Of a DNA stretch of 64,000 bases, positions 41,447 through 53,333 are shown piece by piece; the stretch's first letter is position 1, and every line of letters starts with the position of its first letter. Source of the DNA: Octopus vulgaris (lineage: Eukaryota); contig OX597825.1 in the NCBI GenBank assembly GCA_951406725.2, forward strand, positions 46,376,001 to 46,440,000, in the 5' to 3' direction. Both the position numbers and the translations under genes were made by a program. The notes beneath the pieces are model-generated. The model saw nothing but the letters and a program-made list of their open reading frames with translations, made no database searches and was not told the DNA's origin.

Positions 41447-41447
<1 letters not shown>
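37744..41447 (-). mobile_element. CR1-clade LINE copy 4 (divergent family), near full length, one ORF2 frameshift near 39395, (AAAAGT)n tail
   Basis: ORF1 40764-41429 (CCCH), EN 39394-40845, RT 37822-39294 with YADD. Confidence 0.92.
40764..41429 (-). CDS. LINE ORF1 with a CCCH zinc finger
   Basis: ATG start; CKFFRNGTCWHGETGEGCRFAHP and KYADIVR. Confidence 0.7.
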   Translation of the reverse strand: METGNTNHRVSKNDTPTATVEEGKQGKQQIGGDGETENNHPDENTYAERNQWTTVQRRKKKQRGTGDKKTQITCKFFRNGTCWHGETGEGCRFAHPRPYGNCIKPTRPKCLNQNQDRNQNQNKYKLPQKYADIVRNAPTRRRRTFAEEMQTAAAEQRNFVEIAEKIVGQLAWIHRLQSQGHSQQHSRPPQSRDPGWPPLTPAQVPHLQSLLTPQISHQCFC

Positions 41448-41485
<38 letters not shown>

Positions 41486-41502
41486 ATTTATATATAATAT
41501 AT

Positions 41503-41915
41503 AGGAGTGGCTGTGTGGTAAGTAGCCTGTCTACCAACCACATGGTTCCGGGTTCAGTCCCACTGTGTGGCACCTTGGGCAAGTGTCTTCTACTATAGCC
41601 TCGGGCCGACCAATGCCTTGTGAGTGGATTTGGTAGACGGAAACTGAAAGAAGCCCGTCGTATATATGTATATATATATATATGTATGCGTGTGTGTGTT
41701 TGTGTGTCTGTGTTTGTCCCCATAGCATTGCTTGACAACAGATGCTGGTGTGTTTGTGTCCCCGTCACTTAGCGGTTCGGCAAAAGAGACCGATAGAATA
41801 AGTACTGGGCTTACAATAGAATAAGTTCCGGGGTCGAGTTGCTCGATTAAAGGCGGTGCTCCAGCATGGCCGCAGTCAAATGACTGAAACAAGTAAAAGA
41901 GTAAAAGAGTAAAGA

Positions 41916-41916
<1 letters not shown>
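41503..41916 (+). mobile_element. tRNA-derived SINE with a CR1-derived 3' tail
   Basis: A box TGGCTGTGTGG, B box GGTTCAGTCCC, internal microsatellite; tail GGCGGTGCTCCAGCATGGCC...CTGAAACAAGTAAAAGAG is shared with the CR1 copies. Confidence 0.88.
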
Positions 41917-41959
<43 letters not shown>

Positions 41960-42032
41960 TATATATATATCTTCTTTATCTTCTTTATCCCCGTCTGTCT
42001 TGATAGACAATGGGTTGCGCCAAGGGTGGGGC

Positions 42033-45000
42033 CTACTTTGATGATGTGCAGCGTCTGCTGTGACTGAACAGTCCAATTCTAGAGTGGCAGTCCTTGGTAC
42101 AGTTGCTGCACACGAACATCGATGGGTACGTGTAGGGTGTTGCTGCAGTTGTCCTCCTCCTGTCCCGCCTGTCCAACCACAGCTGTGCTCTCCTCTCCTC
42201 AGCCATGGAAACGCCTTTCCTCACCGTCCGACGCCAGGCAGAGCGGTCAGCAGCTGTTTCCTCCCACGTGTCCACACAGATGTTGGCAGTCCTCAGGTCG
42301 CGCTTGCACACGTCCCTGTATCGTAGCTGTGGATGTCCCTTGGGTCGGGATCCCGTGGTGAGTTCGCTGTACAGGATGTCTTTAGGCATGCGACCGTCCT
42401 GCATGCGGCAGACGTGTCCGAGCCAGCCCAGTCGTCTCCGCACGAGGAGGGCATACATGCTTGGCATATTAGTCTGTTCCAGGATGACTCCGTTTGGTAC
42501 TCGGTCCTTCCAGGAGATGCCAAGGATCCGTCGAAGACACCGCATGTGGAAGCCGCTGAGGCGGCATTCCTGCCGGGTGTATGTTGTCCAGCTCTCGCTA
42601 CCGTAGAGTAGGGTGCTCAGCACGCAGGCTCGGTACACTGCGATCTTGGTGGTTATTGTGAGCATGTTGTTTTCCCACACTCTTCTGGAGAGCTTAGCCA
42701 TGGCAGCAGCAGCCTTCCCAATCCGTCTGTTCAGCTCCGGCTCGAGGGACAGGCTGCTGGAGACCGTCGATCCCAGGTAAGTGAACTCGTTCACCACCTG
42801 CAAGCTGTGGTCGCCGACACTGATGCTGGGGACCCCTCCGACGTCCTGGCCCATGATCTCTGTCTTTTTCAGGCTGATGGTAAGGCCGAACTCTTGGCAG
42901 GCATCCGCCAGGGAGCTGACCAGCCTCTGGAGACCCGGTTGGTTGTGTGATGTTAGGGCGGCATCGTCAGCAAAGAGGATCTCTCTGATCAGCACCTGAC
43001 GGACTTTGGTCTTAGCTCTGAGGCGCGCAAGATTGAACAATCCACCATCAGCCCTGGTGTGGAGGAACACTCCGTCGTCGGACGTTCTGAAGGCATAGGA
43101 CAGGACAAGGGAGAAGAAAATTCCGAAGAGCGTCGGCGCTAGAACGCAACCCTGTTTCACTCCACTCTGGATGGGGAATGACTCCGAGGGCGATCCGTCA
43201 AACTGCACTGTTCCCTGCATACCGTCGTGAAAGGAGGTGATGAGTTTCAGCAGTCTGGGAGGGCAACCTATCCTACCCAGGAGCGCAAACAGCCCCTCCC
43301 TGCTGACTGAGTCGAACGCCTTAGCCAGGTCGATGAAGGCCACGTATAGGGGCTGTCTCTGTTCTCGATTCTTTTCTTGAAGCTGCCTGAGTGAGAAGAT
43401 CATGTCAATTGTAGACCTCTCTGCCCTAAAGCCAGACTGAGACTCGGGGTACACACGCTCTGCAAGTATTTGCAACCTCTTCAGGACCACCCTGGCAAAT
43501 GCCTTGCCGACCGTGCTGAGCAGTGATATGCCCCTGTAATTATTACAGTCGCTTCTGTCCCCTTTGTTTTTATACAGTGTGATGATGTTTGCGTCATGCA
43601 TATCCTTAGGGACAGAGCCCTCCTCCCAGCACTGACAGAGCAGCTCGTGGAGATGGCCCAGAAGGGCTGGCTTCCCGCACTGGATGACTTCTGCGGGGAT
43701 GCCGTCTTGCCCTGGTGCCTTGCCCCGAGCGAGTGAGTCAATTGCTTTGCTCAGTTCTTCCTTTGTTGGAGGCAGGTCAAGCTCCTCCATGACAGGCAGA
43801 GCAGGAATGCCGGCGAGGGCAGACCTGGTGACCACATTCTCAGTGGAGTAGAGGTTCTGGTAATGCTCGACCCACCTCTCCATCTGCTTCGCTTGGTCCT
43901 TGATGACCTCGCCATCTCTGGACTTCAGTGGAGCAACCTTTCTGACAGTGGGCCCGAATGCTTTCTTCATCCCCTCATACATCCCTTTCATGTTACCACT
44001 GTCAGCACAGCACTGGATGTTCTGGCATAAGTTCTGCCAGTAGATGTTGGCGCAACGTCTGGCCGTCCTCTGGGCGTCGCTTCTGGCTGTTCTCAGAGTA
44101 GCCAGGTTCTTTTTTGATGGGTCGCACTTATAGTTGACCAGTGCTTCCCTCTTGGCAGCAATGACAGGCTCCATCTCAGGCAGGTGAGCTTCAAACCAGT
44201 CTTGATTTCTCCGCTCCCTCTTTCCTAGGGATGACATGGCTATTCTGCAAGTGGTGTCGCGAATAATCTGCCATCTCTCCTCGATGGACGTGGCTGCGTG
44301 ATCTTTAAGGGCCTCCTCCATGCGGTTGGTGAATTCCGAGCGGAGGTCGGGGTTGGTTGTCCTGGCGGTGTTGATGCGTGGGCGGCTTTTCCCTACGGGA
44401 CGGTTGATTTTCTTTGGGGCCAATCGGACCCTGCTGCACACCAAAGAGTGGTCTGTATCACAGTCAGCACCATGGTAGCTGCGTGTGAGAAGCACACTGC
44501 TGAGGTGGGCTCGCCGGGTGATGACCATGTCCAGTTGGTGCCAGTGTCCGGACCTTGGGTGCCTCCATGAGACCTGGTGATGCGGCTTAGTCATGAAGAA
44601 TGTGTTGGAAACGCAGAGTTTCCGGTAAGAGCAAAGCTCCAACAGTCTCTGGCCATTCTCATTCACCTTCCCCACGCCAAAGCGTCCAAGGCAATCTGGT
44701 CATGCCCCATGATCGGATCCCACCCTTGCGTTGAAGTCGCCCAGAAGGAAGATGGGCTCCGACCCTGGTATCTGGCTGATGGTGGCGTCGATCTCCTCAT
44801 AGAACCGGTCTTTTATTTCCTGAGGAGAGTGGAGTGTTGGGGCATAAGCACTAATTATGTTTGCCTTCCCCGTTGATGTTGCAAGGTTAAGAGTGAGGAT
44901 GCGCTCTGAGCCATTTGAAGGAGGGATCACCATGGGGAGCAAGCTGTTCCCCACGGCAAACCCCACGCCATGCTGGCGGGCCTCCTCGACGGGTCTCCCC

Positions 45001-45284
45001 TGCCAGTAGAAGGTGTAGTCCTTCTCCCGTAGCATGCCGTCTGTGGCGAGCCTGGTCTCTTGCAGCGCCGCTATGTCGATGTTCAGCCTTTTCAATTCGG
45101 TGTTGATGACTGCTGTCTTCCTACTGTCGTTCATCTGTCGTATATCGTCAATGATGCCAGGGCACATGGTCCTGACATTCCAGGTGGCCAGTCGCAAGAC
45201 TGGTGACTGGGTATTTGTTTTTCCTTTGTTTGCTGGTGCAGGGTTTTCAGTCTGCTTTTCAGATTTTGTCCTAGCTCCAATCAC
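42033..45284 (-). pseudogene. RTE EN+RT ORF interrupted only by one TGA (44700-44702)
   Basis: ATWNVRT, LQETR, YAPT, GDFNARVG; NYRGISLLS, GVKQGCVLAP, FADD; C-terminal CSNC...HSRIGLFSH; both ORF pieces are in the same frame. Confidence 0.92.
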
Positions 45285-45848
45285 CCATTGAAGCGGGCAG
45301 TCTGTGGCAGGTCAGCACCATTATTGGCCGGGGGCTGCCCAGCTTAAGGCGGGCGGTAGCTGACCAGTGGGACTTCAATGATCCCTCCCACCGTTAGAGA
45401 CGGGCCGTAGCGCCCGGGATTACGCCAATTCACCCTGGCTTATAACTCGTAACTGCCATCTCAGCTTGTTCCATCGATGGAGTAGTTTCTCCATGGCGCA
45501 AGCCTGGGCGGTAGAAACGAAGACACTGGGCTGCCCAGACACCAGAATCTCCCTCTCGGCCCCCCAGACATAATCCAAAGGAATGCAGTGCAGTACGTTT
45601 GGAGTCTGGTTGGCTGCAGGAGTTGCCGGAAAGGGGTCGAGATTCGACACCCTACCGCCTTCGGGGCTCCGCTCCGGATTTTCTGTCTGGGTTTACTCCC
45701 ATAGCCTTTCCCTCTCCCAAGAGCATCCGCAAGGCAGCGGAGCGAGGGTTTGGAGTCAGAGTTTTCCTTCTCCTAGACTGGCTGCCAACCAAGGCTAACG
45801 AGCCCAGTCTGCCCACCTGGTTATACCGCCAAGCACCCGGTCGCGCCA

Positions 45849-46029
45849 CACAGCAGGCTCAGTGAGAACAGGGGGTACCGCGTGAAGGTGCTGCTGTGGA
45901 CACAGTAGTGCAGGAGAGGCCATTAGCAAGAACTTTCTGCAAGGCGCAGCCAAGTAGAAGTTCTGCAGCGATCATTACACCTGGAGAGGAGAGGCTATGA
46001 GTGACGCAATAACTTTCCTTTGCCCCCCC
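45849..46029 (-). ncRNA. HDV-like ribozyme at the RTE 5' end
   Basis: P1 GGGGGGC/ACCCCCT, P2 CACAGCAGC/GCCTGCTGTG, P3 ACC/GGT, L3 TTCACGC, J4/2 CTGA; long J1/2 and no clear P4. Confidence 0.72.
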
Positions 46030-47651
46030 TATATATATATATATATAAAACACAATGTAAGAAAAACAATACCTCAATATATATCTAGCCAACCCAATCT
46101 AATCTCGAAAATAGATGGGAAATGAATGAACAAAGTTGTTTGTGAATAAATCACCATTTACACCATATTTTTATGGAATTAAATAGCATTTTCTGTCATT
46201 ATTAACAAGAGAACAGCTAATAGACATAGTTCCACCAAAAGTACACATATAAAGTCTGTAGTAATTTATTAACCAATGATATTTTATTGATTCATTCTAC
46301 ATAGATATATTTAAATGATATATTTTTAAAATATATGTCTTCATAAGTCTTTATTTAGTTGAAAGTTGAAAACTCATTAGACAATTTCTTCAGTTTCAAA
46401 ACTTCAAATTCATACTGAGAGTAAGGATTTCTGTTTGCACAAGTCAGCCAAGAAACCTATATAGTTGTTCACTCTTTTATAAATGTCAACCAAATCTCTT
46501 TCAAATTATGTCTTACCATCCTGACAGTAAGAAGGGCACAGTACTTAATGTAACCTAGGATACTCTACAGGTTTAAAAATATTAAATGGATAGTCACAAC
46601 TGGAACAGTGTTGATCATAGATCTAATTAAGCTGAACTAAGGCTAAACAGCAACTTTTGTTTTTCAATGTATTGCAACTGGCTTAAAAAAAAAAAACAGG
46701 TGATAGGATTACTCAAAAAGATTAAAAGATTGACATATTTACTGTTATCTTACTAAGACATCAATAAACTGTGACTTATATAGTTAGGGATTAAATCATT
46801 ATGAAATGTTGCTCTGTAGACACTTCATAGAATATATGTTAATCTCATAACATTTTACTTTTTGGCCACATGCCATTACTCTTTACTCATTATATCATAC
46901 ATTGTATGTATTGAATGAGATTACTTTGATCATCACACCATATGACACAATAATCTTCTTAATTAGACTTTTCATTTCCTCTATACACTGACAAGTCACT
47001 GGAAGAAGAAATAACATTTTGCAACTGATTCACATACTTATAATGGATATTAATGTGAATCCCCAAAGGTTAGCAAACTATTTCATTTAAAAAAATATAT
47101 TTTTCATTTAAAAAAAAGTGTCTACAAAAATATGATTTTTTCTGTGTATGTCTATATGTATTTATTATTGTTTTTGTGAATGCATGTGGATATATCCTGT
47201 TTGTATTTATGTGAGCATATGTTTATACTCACATCAAATTTTAAAAATTCCTATTTTTCAACAAAAAGAAACACAATCATCCTCATCATTGTCACTATTT
47301 TAACCTCATTTTCTCTACTGACATGGACTGAATGGAACTGTGGCATAGCAAATGTTCTGCATCTTATTATCTTGTCTTTAAGGTCTAACATATCAAAATT
47401 TCAGACTGATTCTGGGGTCTTTAGATGACAACTTCTTTTTTTAAACTGGTAACAGAATTATTATTTGCATTCATTGTCAAATGGAAGCATGTATTCTAGA
47501 CTTTTAGTAGATTGATGGAGTCCTGGTAGATTAATCAGCTTTTATTTCACCAATATAATTTGTTTGATAAAGTTTTTGCGACAGCATTTTGATATTATTT
47601 GCATTTTGTAAGCATTCATTTACTGGTAGTGATATTTTATCTACCATGCAG

Positions 47652-47712
47652 TGTTGTCTTGTTCTATCAAGGATATGGAATGTTGTCTTGTTCTATCGAG
47701 GATGTGGAATGT
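47652..47712. repeat. 29-bp tandem duplication
   Basis: tgttgtcttgttctatc(a/g)aggat(a/g)tggaa occurs twice. Confidence 0.85.
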
Positions 47713-48358
47713 TCAATTGACTAGTTATTCTTGAAATAGTTTGTGGGGATGAGGTGAACTGGAAGGAAAGGGCTGTGATGTCAACAGTTGAAGAGGAAGA
47801 GGGAATGACAAAGTGAAGACCAGCATGGTCCTCTTTGACTTGGAGGCAGTTGTGGTTAATAGATGCATGTCGATGTGAGAGCAAGATAGGGCTTTAGCAG
47901 TATCTACTAGTGATAGGTGAGACAGGTAGGGCACATCTTGGATTTAACACAGCTGGACAGCTACACTAAGAGGCAGATGAACTGTATTTTGTTCCTCAGA
48001 TTACAGTTCCCTCACACTGCATAGTTCACACTGTGGTCTTTCAATTTCCATACATGTTTCTCTTTTCCTAATACTTTATGGAAATGACTTTGTAACTAAA
48101 TACACTTCCTCCATATCTTTTTCAGAGATAGAACCGCCCAACTTTTAGTTGTGGGTTTTATTATTAACTTAGTAGATTTCTTATAACATAAGAGGGATCA
48201 GCCATCTGAATGTGGCTAGGGTCAGGGCGGGGTGGTGGGGGTGTTACTGATGCATTTAGCCCCAGGCGAACATCGACGTCACCAGAAGAGCTGACACCAT
48301 CTCGGTGTCCTTGCCAGCCAGCAAAGGGAGATCAGCCTCCCCGAAGATACGGATACTA

Positions 48359-48401
48359 CACACGGACCGGTTTCGAGGTTATTGCCTCTTGTCAACGTAT
48401 G
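48359..48401 (-). ncRNA. Type I hammerhead, U3-A8 variant (minus copy)
   Basis: Reverse complement of 48599-48641. Confidence 0.75.
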
Positions 48402-48598
48402 GTAAGCACCGCTCTTCGTTGAGGGACTTCCTCTATCGGCTGGATATATATAGATTTTCACAGTAACCACAGTCACTGGCGTAGAAAATCTGTTCGAAAA
48501 CAATAATAAATCTCTGGGCGAGATATAAACTGTAACTGCTCTATAACATAAGAGGGATCAGCCATCTGAATGTGGCTAGGGTCAGGGCGGGTGCTTAC

Positions 48599-48641
48599 CA
48601 TACGTTGACAAGAGGCAATAACCTCGAAACCGGTCCGTGTG
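48599..48641 (+). ncRNA. Type I hammerhead, U3-A8 variant (plus copy)
   Basis: CATACG-TTGACAA-GAGG(CAATAA)CCTC-GAA-ACCGGT-C-CGTGTG. Confidence 0.78.
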
Positions 48642-49064
48642 TAGTATCCGTATCTTCGGGGAGGCTGATCTCCCTTTGCTGGCTGGCAAGGACACCGAGA
48701 TGGTGTCAGCTCTTCTGGTGACGTCGATGTTCGCCTGGGGCTAAATGCATCAGTAACACCCCCACCACCCTGCCCTGACCCTAGCCACATTCAGATGGCT
48801 GATCCCTCTTATGTTATAGAGCAGTTACTGTTTATATTCAGGAATTGCTGAAAAGATACAACTTTCTATGGTAATCCTTGTTGCCAGTTCCCAAACACAA
48901 CAGATATTTAATGTTTTTGAATTTGGAAACCTAGACAATAATTAAAATTATAACTGTTAAGACAAAGTTTCAAGAGTACTGTTGCTCTAAGAGAAAAATA
49001 TTATATATATCCCGTTCTTATTTTTGTTTTTAGCAGACATCCAAAAGTCATGCCAAAACTAACC

Positions 49065-49248
49065 TCACCTGTGCTAGTGCCACATAAAAAGCAATGAATT
49101 CACTCCGCATCCAACTGTAAAATCCCTGCCAAAATAGTCACAGTAGCACAGGGTAGTTTTTCAACATGGCCAGCTCCTGTCAACCGACCTACCCATGCAT
49201 GCATGGAAGATGGACGTTAAATGATGATGATGATGATGATGGTGATGA
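49065..49248 (+). mobile_element. RTE-type SINE/LINE 3' end with (GAT)n tail
   Basis: cccatgcatgcatggaagatggacgttaaa(tga)n; same family as 3015-3215. Confidence 0.6.
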
Positions 49249-49949
49249 AGAGAAATCAGTTACCATCAGAGAAATCTGAAGCTAAAGACTGAAAATTTAA
49301 ATTTATAGGATGATTTAATCAGAAACAGGATTGTATGTGGGATCAAAATAAAGATACTTGAGAAATAATGTTCAGGATACAGAATTAAAATTGAAAAAAA
49401 TGGGGACATATTGAAATAAGTGCCACAGTTGTGAAAAGCATCACTGAAAATTCTTTAGTCTCAGCAATGACACAAAAATTATTAACATTGAAAAATGCCC
49501 GAGTGATTTTGGATTAAATGTGGAATACAAATATCGGATCATTTCCTTTATTCTCACCTTCTTGTGATACTACAGATGAAGACTGAGAACGAAATACTTA
49601 TCTGATCAAGTGATATAGCATTTATCAACCTTTATTGTTGTGATCTTTCTGAGTTTTCTTGGAAATGTCTGACTATCACTGGTTTTTCATGTATTTTGAA
49701 CTGGTGTGACAATTTTAACTCTCTGAGACTCTGTAATAAAGACTTTGGATCTTTATCTGGTGTACTGAGTTATTTTTGCTGGAACATATTTTTATCTTCG
49801 AGAAGTTTAGTGATTTGAGAATAATTTTCATTAAACCAATCCTGATATTAATGTTTTCTTTTTCTGACACCAAGAACCTCACCCTGACATTGTAACTCTT
49901 GGTTGTAAACTGATCCCAAGTTCTGTCAAATTCAACTTCGTTATAGCTT

Positions 49950-50850
49950 TTTGAAGATTTTCATGCACATTTGAGCCCTTCGATTTCAACAGGTCAATAT
50001 ATTTAAGAATTTTTATTCTCTAAGGTTTTATTTTATGTATGGTGTAGAATTTTAATTTGCCACTCTTCCCCTTACATGACTTTAACAGTGCACACCATCC
50101 GAAGATCTCATTTCCTGATGATAATGTAATCAAAAATATGTCCATGTTTAATCTTGGATGTATCTGAAGCTGAAGAAGGTGAAGACCATTATTGTTCATC
50201 TTCTCCAGTGCATACCAAATCTAATGATTGCATCCAATTCAACCACTGAACTCACCAAACATGTGAATGTTATCTGCATTTTGAATCAATATTACAACTA
50301 AAAAGCTATGATAGATTCATTACTGTTGTCAAAATTGGGTGCATAAACAGAAAAAAACTTTCATAAAATAGTTGCATGATAAAGAAACTTGAAAGTACAT
50401 GTTCTATCAAAAACTATGAAGTTGTTCTAGTTGGTTGGTTAATTCTGCCCAAATGGCAAAAACAATACACATCTTCTGGCTTAACTTTCCAGAAGGTGTA
50501 TCCAACACATATTTCTGTCAACTGGTCTTCATCACTCAATTGAGTTTCTGAGAGTGCAGCAATGACAATGTTGTACTGAGTCAACTCTTTCACTATCATG
50601 CCAGTTTGTTGTTCAAGGTTACTTCACCTTTCACAATCAAGAAGTGTCCTAACATTTTACATTCCCAACCATAATACATATTTCTTACTAGAGGATTTTA
50701 TTTTTGTGTTTCTTCTGCTGTTGTGAACAGCTATAAACTGTGGGTTGCTGAACAGCTTTATGGTTGAAAAGTCATTTGTTTGGGGTCACATTTCCAGTCT
50801 CTTCCCAGATTCCTGAGTGAGCAGTGTTATCCTAGAGAGGGATGCTCAGA
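49950..50850 (-). pseudogene. Old RTE endonuclease relic
   Basis: KELTQYNIVIAALSETQL...GYTFW resembles the RTE EN N-terminus at 44700-45284. Confidence 0.65.
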
Positions 50851-51021
50851 TGTTTGTGACCTTACTATAACAGTTGCAGTTCTGTTATCAACATAGTGAC
50901 GTTAAATGGGCATAAGCCTGCACATGTTGCCACTATTCCTTTGCCTTAGGGCTTGAAGAGATATCTGTACATTTTGATTGCAATGCTACATGCTTGTACA
51001 ACATGCAAACATGAAATAATT

Positions 51022-51062
<41 letters not shown>

Positions 51063-51151
51063 TACACATATTATTGACATCATACAAATTTAAAACATTC
51101 AAGAGAATGTGAAATAATTGTTTTGGAATGAATCTCAAAGCACCCATAAAA

Positions 51152-52413
51152 CTATGTGTCCCAAAAAGATTTACCCATTGATATTTCCTAATTATTCAAA
51201 ATAAACTTTAAGTAGGATAATGAAATTTGGCACACATGTTCTAATGTAAATTGTTAATCCATTGCAGTAATTACATTTCAAAATGACCACCTTTCACCTT
51301 GATCATAGCCTGCAAATGAGTGGTCACTGAGTTGCATGAGCACCATACTAACTCTTCATCCAACTTGACCCATGAAGACAGAAGGTCATTTTTCGGATCT
51401 GTCACATTTGAATAAGATTGACCAGATAGCAAAGTCCATGAGATTGATGTCTGGACTTGAGGAAGGCCAAATTGTCTTGTCCCCAAAACTGCTGAAATGC
51501 TCTTTGTACCACCTCTGTGTCAAATTGGATGTGTGGGATGGAACCCCATCTTGAGTGAAGATGTAACGGTCACCAAAGGTTTCTGTGACCCAGGGTAACA
51601 CTTTCTCCAACATTTCCACATAAACATCACTGTTGACCTTGATGCCAGCATCAATGGAAACCAAAGGAGACTTGGACCTATCAGATGCAACTGCTGCCCA
51701 TACCATGAGTGAAGCTGGATTCTGATGGCATACATGACTCCTGCTACCTTCAGGCAAGTCTCCTGCATTACATGCATAAAGTATGTCATTCTGCCTCTTG
51801 GTAACTGTCTCCATAATGAAGATCTCATTGGACCAGATCAACATTTTGTTTGTGGTGTGCTTCATCTCAGCTGACATAGTTTTACTCCTGTTGAGCTGTT
51901 TCTTCTTGGAAACTACTGAAAATAACTATCAGGATTGTTTCTTGTATGCAGTTAGCTTTAAATCTTCTTAAAAAATCCTGTACATTGACGATTTCAAAAT
52001 ATCAAATGTTTTTGCCGTTTTTCTTGCACTCCTGCAGAGATTTCAGTACATTTGCTTCTTCACAGCTTCAGCAGTTTGTTTGGTATGAATTGATCATTTC
52101 CTACCAGGAATTGGCTTGCTACAGGTAGTAGCAAACTCCATATATCGTTTCCAGGTATTGAACATTGTTTTATGTCACACATTGTTTTGTTCTGCCCTTG
52201 TTACTCACTCCAACTGTTTTCAAAGTGACAAGCTGGTCATGTTTTGCTTTTGATGCTATGTTTGTTTACAAATCTCTTATAGACAAATAAAACAATAGGA
52301 ACATGAACAAAAGACATATGCAAATCTTTATGTAAAATGTAGATAATAATTACCTGAACCAATATTCTTTAGGAAGAGTTTTAAATATGGGTAAATCTTT
52401 CTGGGGCACCCTG
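51152..52413 (-). mobile_element. Tc1/mariner DD37D (maT) transposon relic
   Basis: MVWAAV, FTQDG..SH and WPSSSPDINLMD, with 37 residues between the last two D; TIR ...AAAGATTTACCCAT at both ends; TA at 52414-52415. Confidence 0.85.
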
Positions 52414-52716
52414 TAAATAACAGCCTTCTATTTTTACCAAAAAGGATTTTTCCAACTCAATTTCACATGCTATTATTTATAGTATTAGGTATACTTTGAG
52501 ATTCATTCATGCTTCAGAATAAAGCATTTGTTGAGTATAGAGCATAATATGAATTAATGGAAGACAATGGACCAGGAATTACATAATCAACTTCGTTGGT
52601 ATACAGTTGTTTCTGCTACAAGAAGCAGTGCATTCTTGGTTGAGTGCTTGGGCATCACCTTACAACCTCCTCATAGCTTTTAAAAATAAGTGCATGTTTA
52701 TTTCAGAAAGTACATG

Positions 52717-52718
<2 letters not shown>

Positions 52719-52780
<62 letters not shown>
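52719..52780. repeat. (TG)n microsatellite
   Basis: Direct dinucleotide run. Confidence 0.95.
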
Positions 52781-52782
<2 letters not shown>

Positions 52783-52869
52783 GGCAAACTTGAAATTAAT
52801 ATGGAAGACAAAGAAGTGGCATGAAAGGGCTACAGGAAAGGCTGTTGAGTGTGGAGAATACATGGTGGG

Positions 52870-53205
52870 ATAAATAGGGGTTGCTACATGCTGACCCTAC
52901 AAAAGAACCAACAATATTGAAAAGACACTCAAAATATTTGGTGATGTACGGTATGTGATTACCATCTGGATAGTTTATCAAGTAATGCAGGAAGGTGTCA
53001 TACCTGATAACTGCTGATGCAGTGTCATCATAAACTGCTACAAAGGCAAAGGAGATGTTTTAGAGACCAGGATATGAAAGTCATAGAAAACGTTATATTA
53101 CTAATAATATTACAGAGTAAACTAGATGAAATTCAGTTTAGCATCAATTACCACAAATACAATGTTCCTAGTGAGAAGGCTGCAAGAGAAGAACTTGGTT
53201 AAGAG
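52870..53205 (+). pseudogene. Old RTE RT relic (continues at about 59086-59290)
   Basis: Degenerate ...CYKGKGD.. segment similar to the minus strand of 4100-4400; resumes after the pogo-like MITE. Confidence 0.5.
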
Positions 53206-53333
53206 TACAGTAATCCCTTGACTATTATGGGTGTTATGTTCCAAAACCTCCTGTGATAGGTGAAAATCCGCAAAGTAGAAACAATACCGTACTGTATATT
53301 TTTTTTATAATCTTTATAATTTGCAAATATCTA

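Larger units (their letters stand above)
41970..46029 (-). mobile_element. Full-length RTE (BovB-like) LINE inserted in (TA)n
   Basis: 5' UTR 45290-46029, a single EN-RT-C2H2 reading frame and a (GATAAAGAA)n tail. Confidence 0.93.
48183..48837. mobile_element. Retrozyme/Penelope-like remnant: 360-bp unit with terminal redundancy plus an inverted copy
   Basis: 48183-48230 is repeated at 48543-48590; 48590-48816 is the near-exact reverse complement of 48183-48410. Confidence 0.8.

Noticed and set aside
41503-41580. tRNA gene
   Set aside because: The A and B boxes belong to a SINE head; there is no complete cloverleaf or oligo-T terminator.
44700-44702. In-frame TGA in the RTE as selenocysteine or programmed readthrough
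   Set aside because: The position fits a TGG-to-TGA mutation and I saw no SECIS. The Naiad-type PLE fragment also has ordinary Cys codons.
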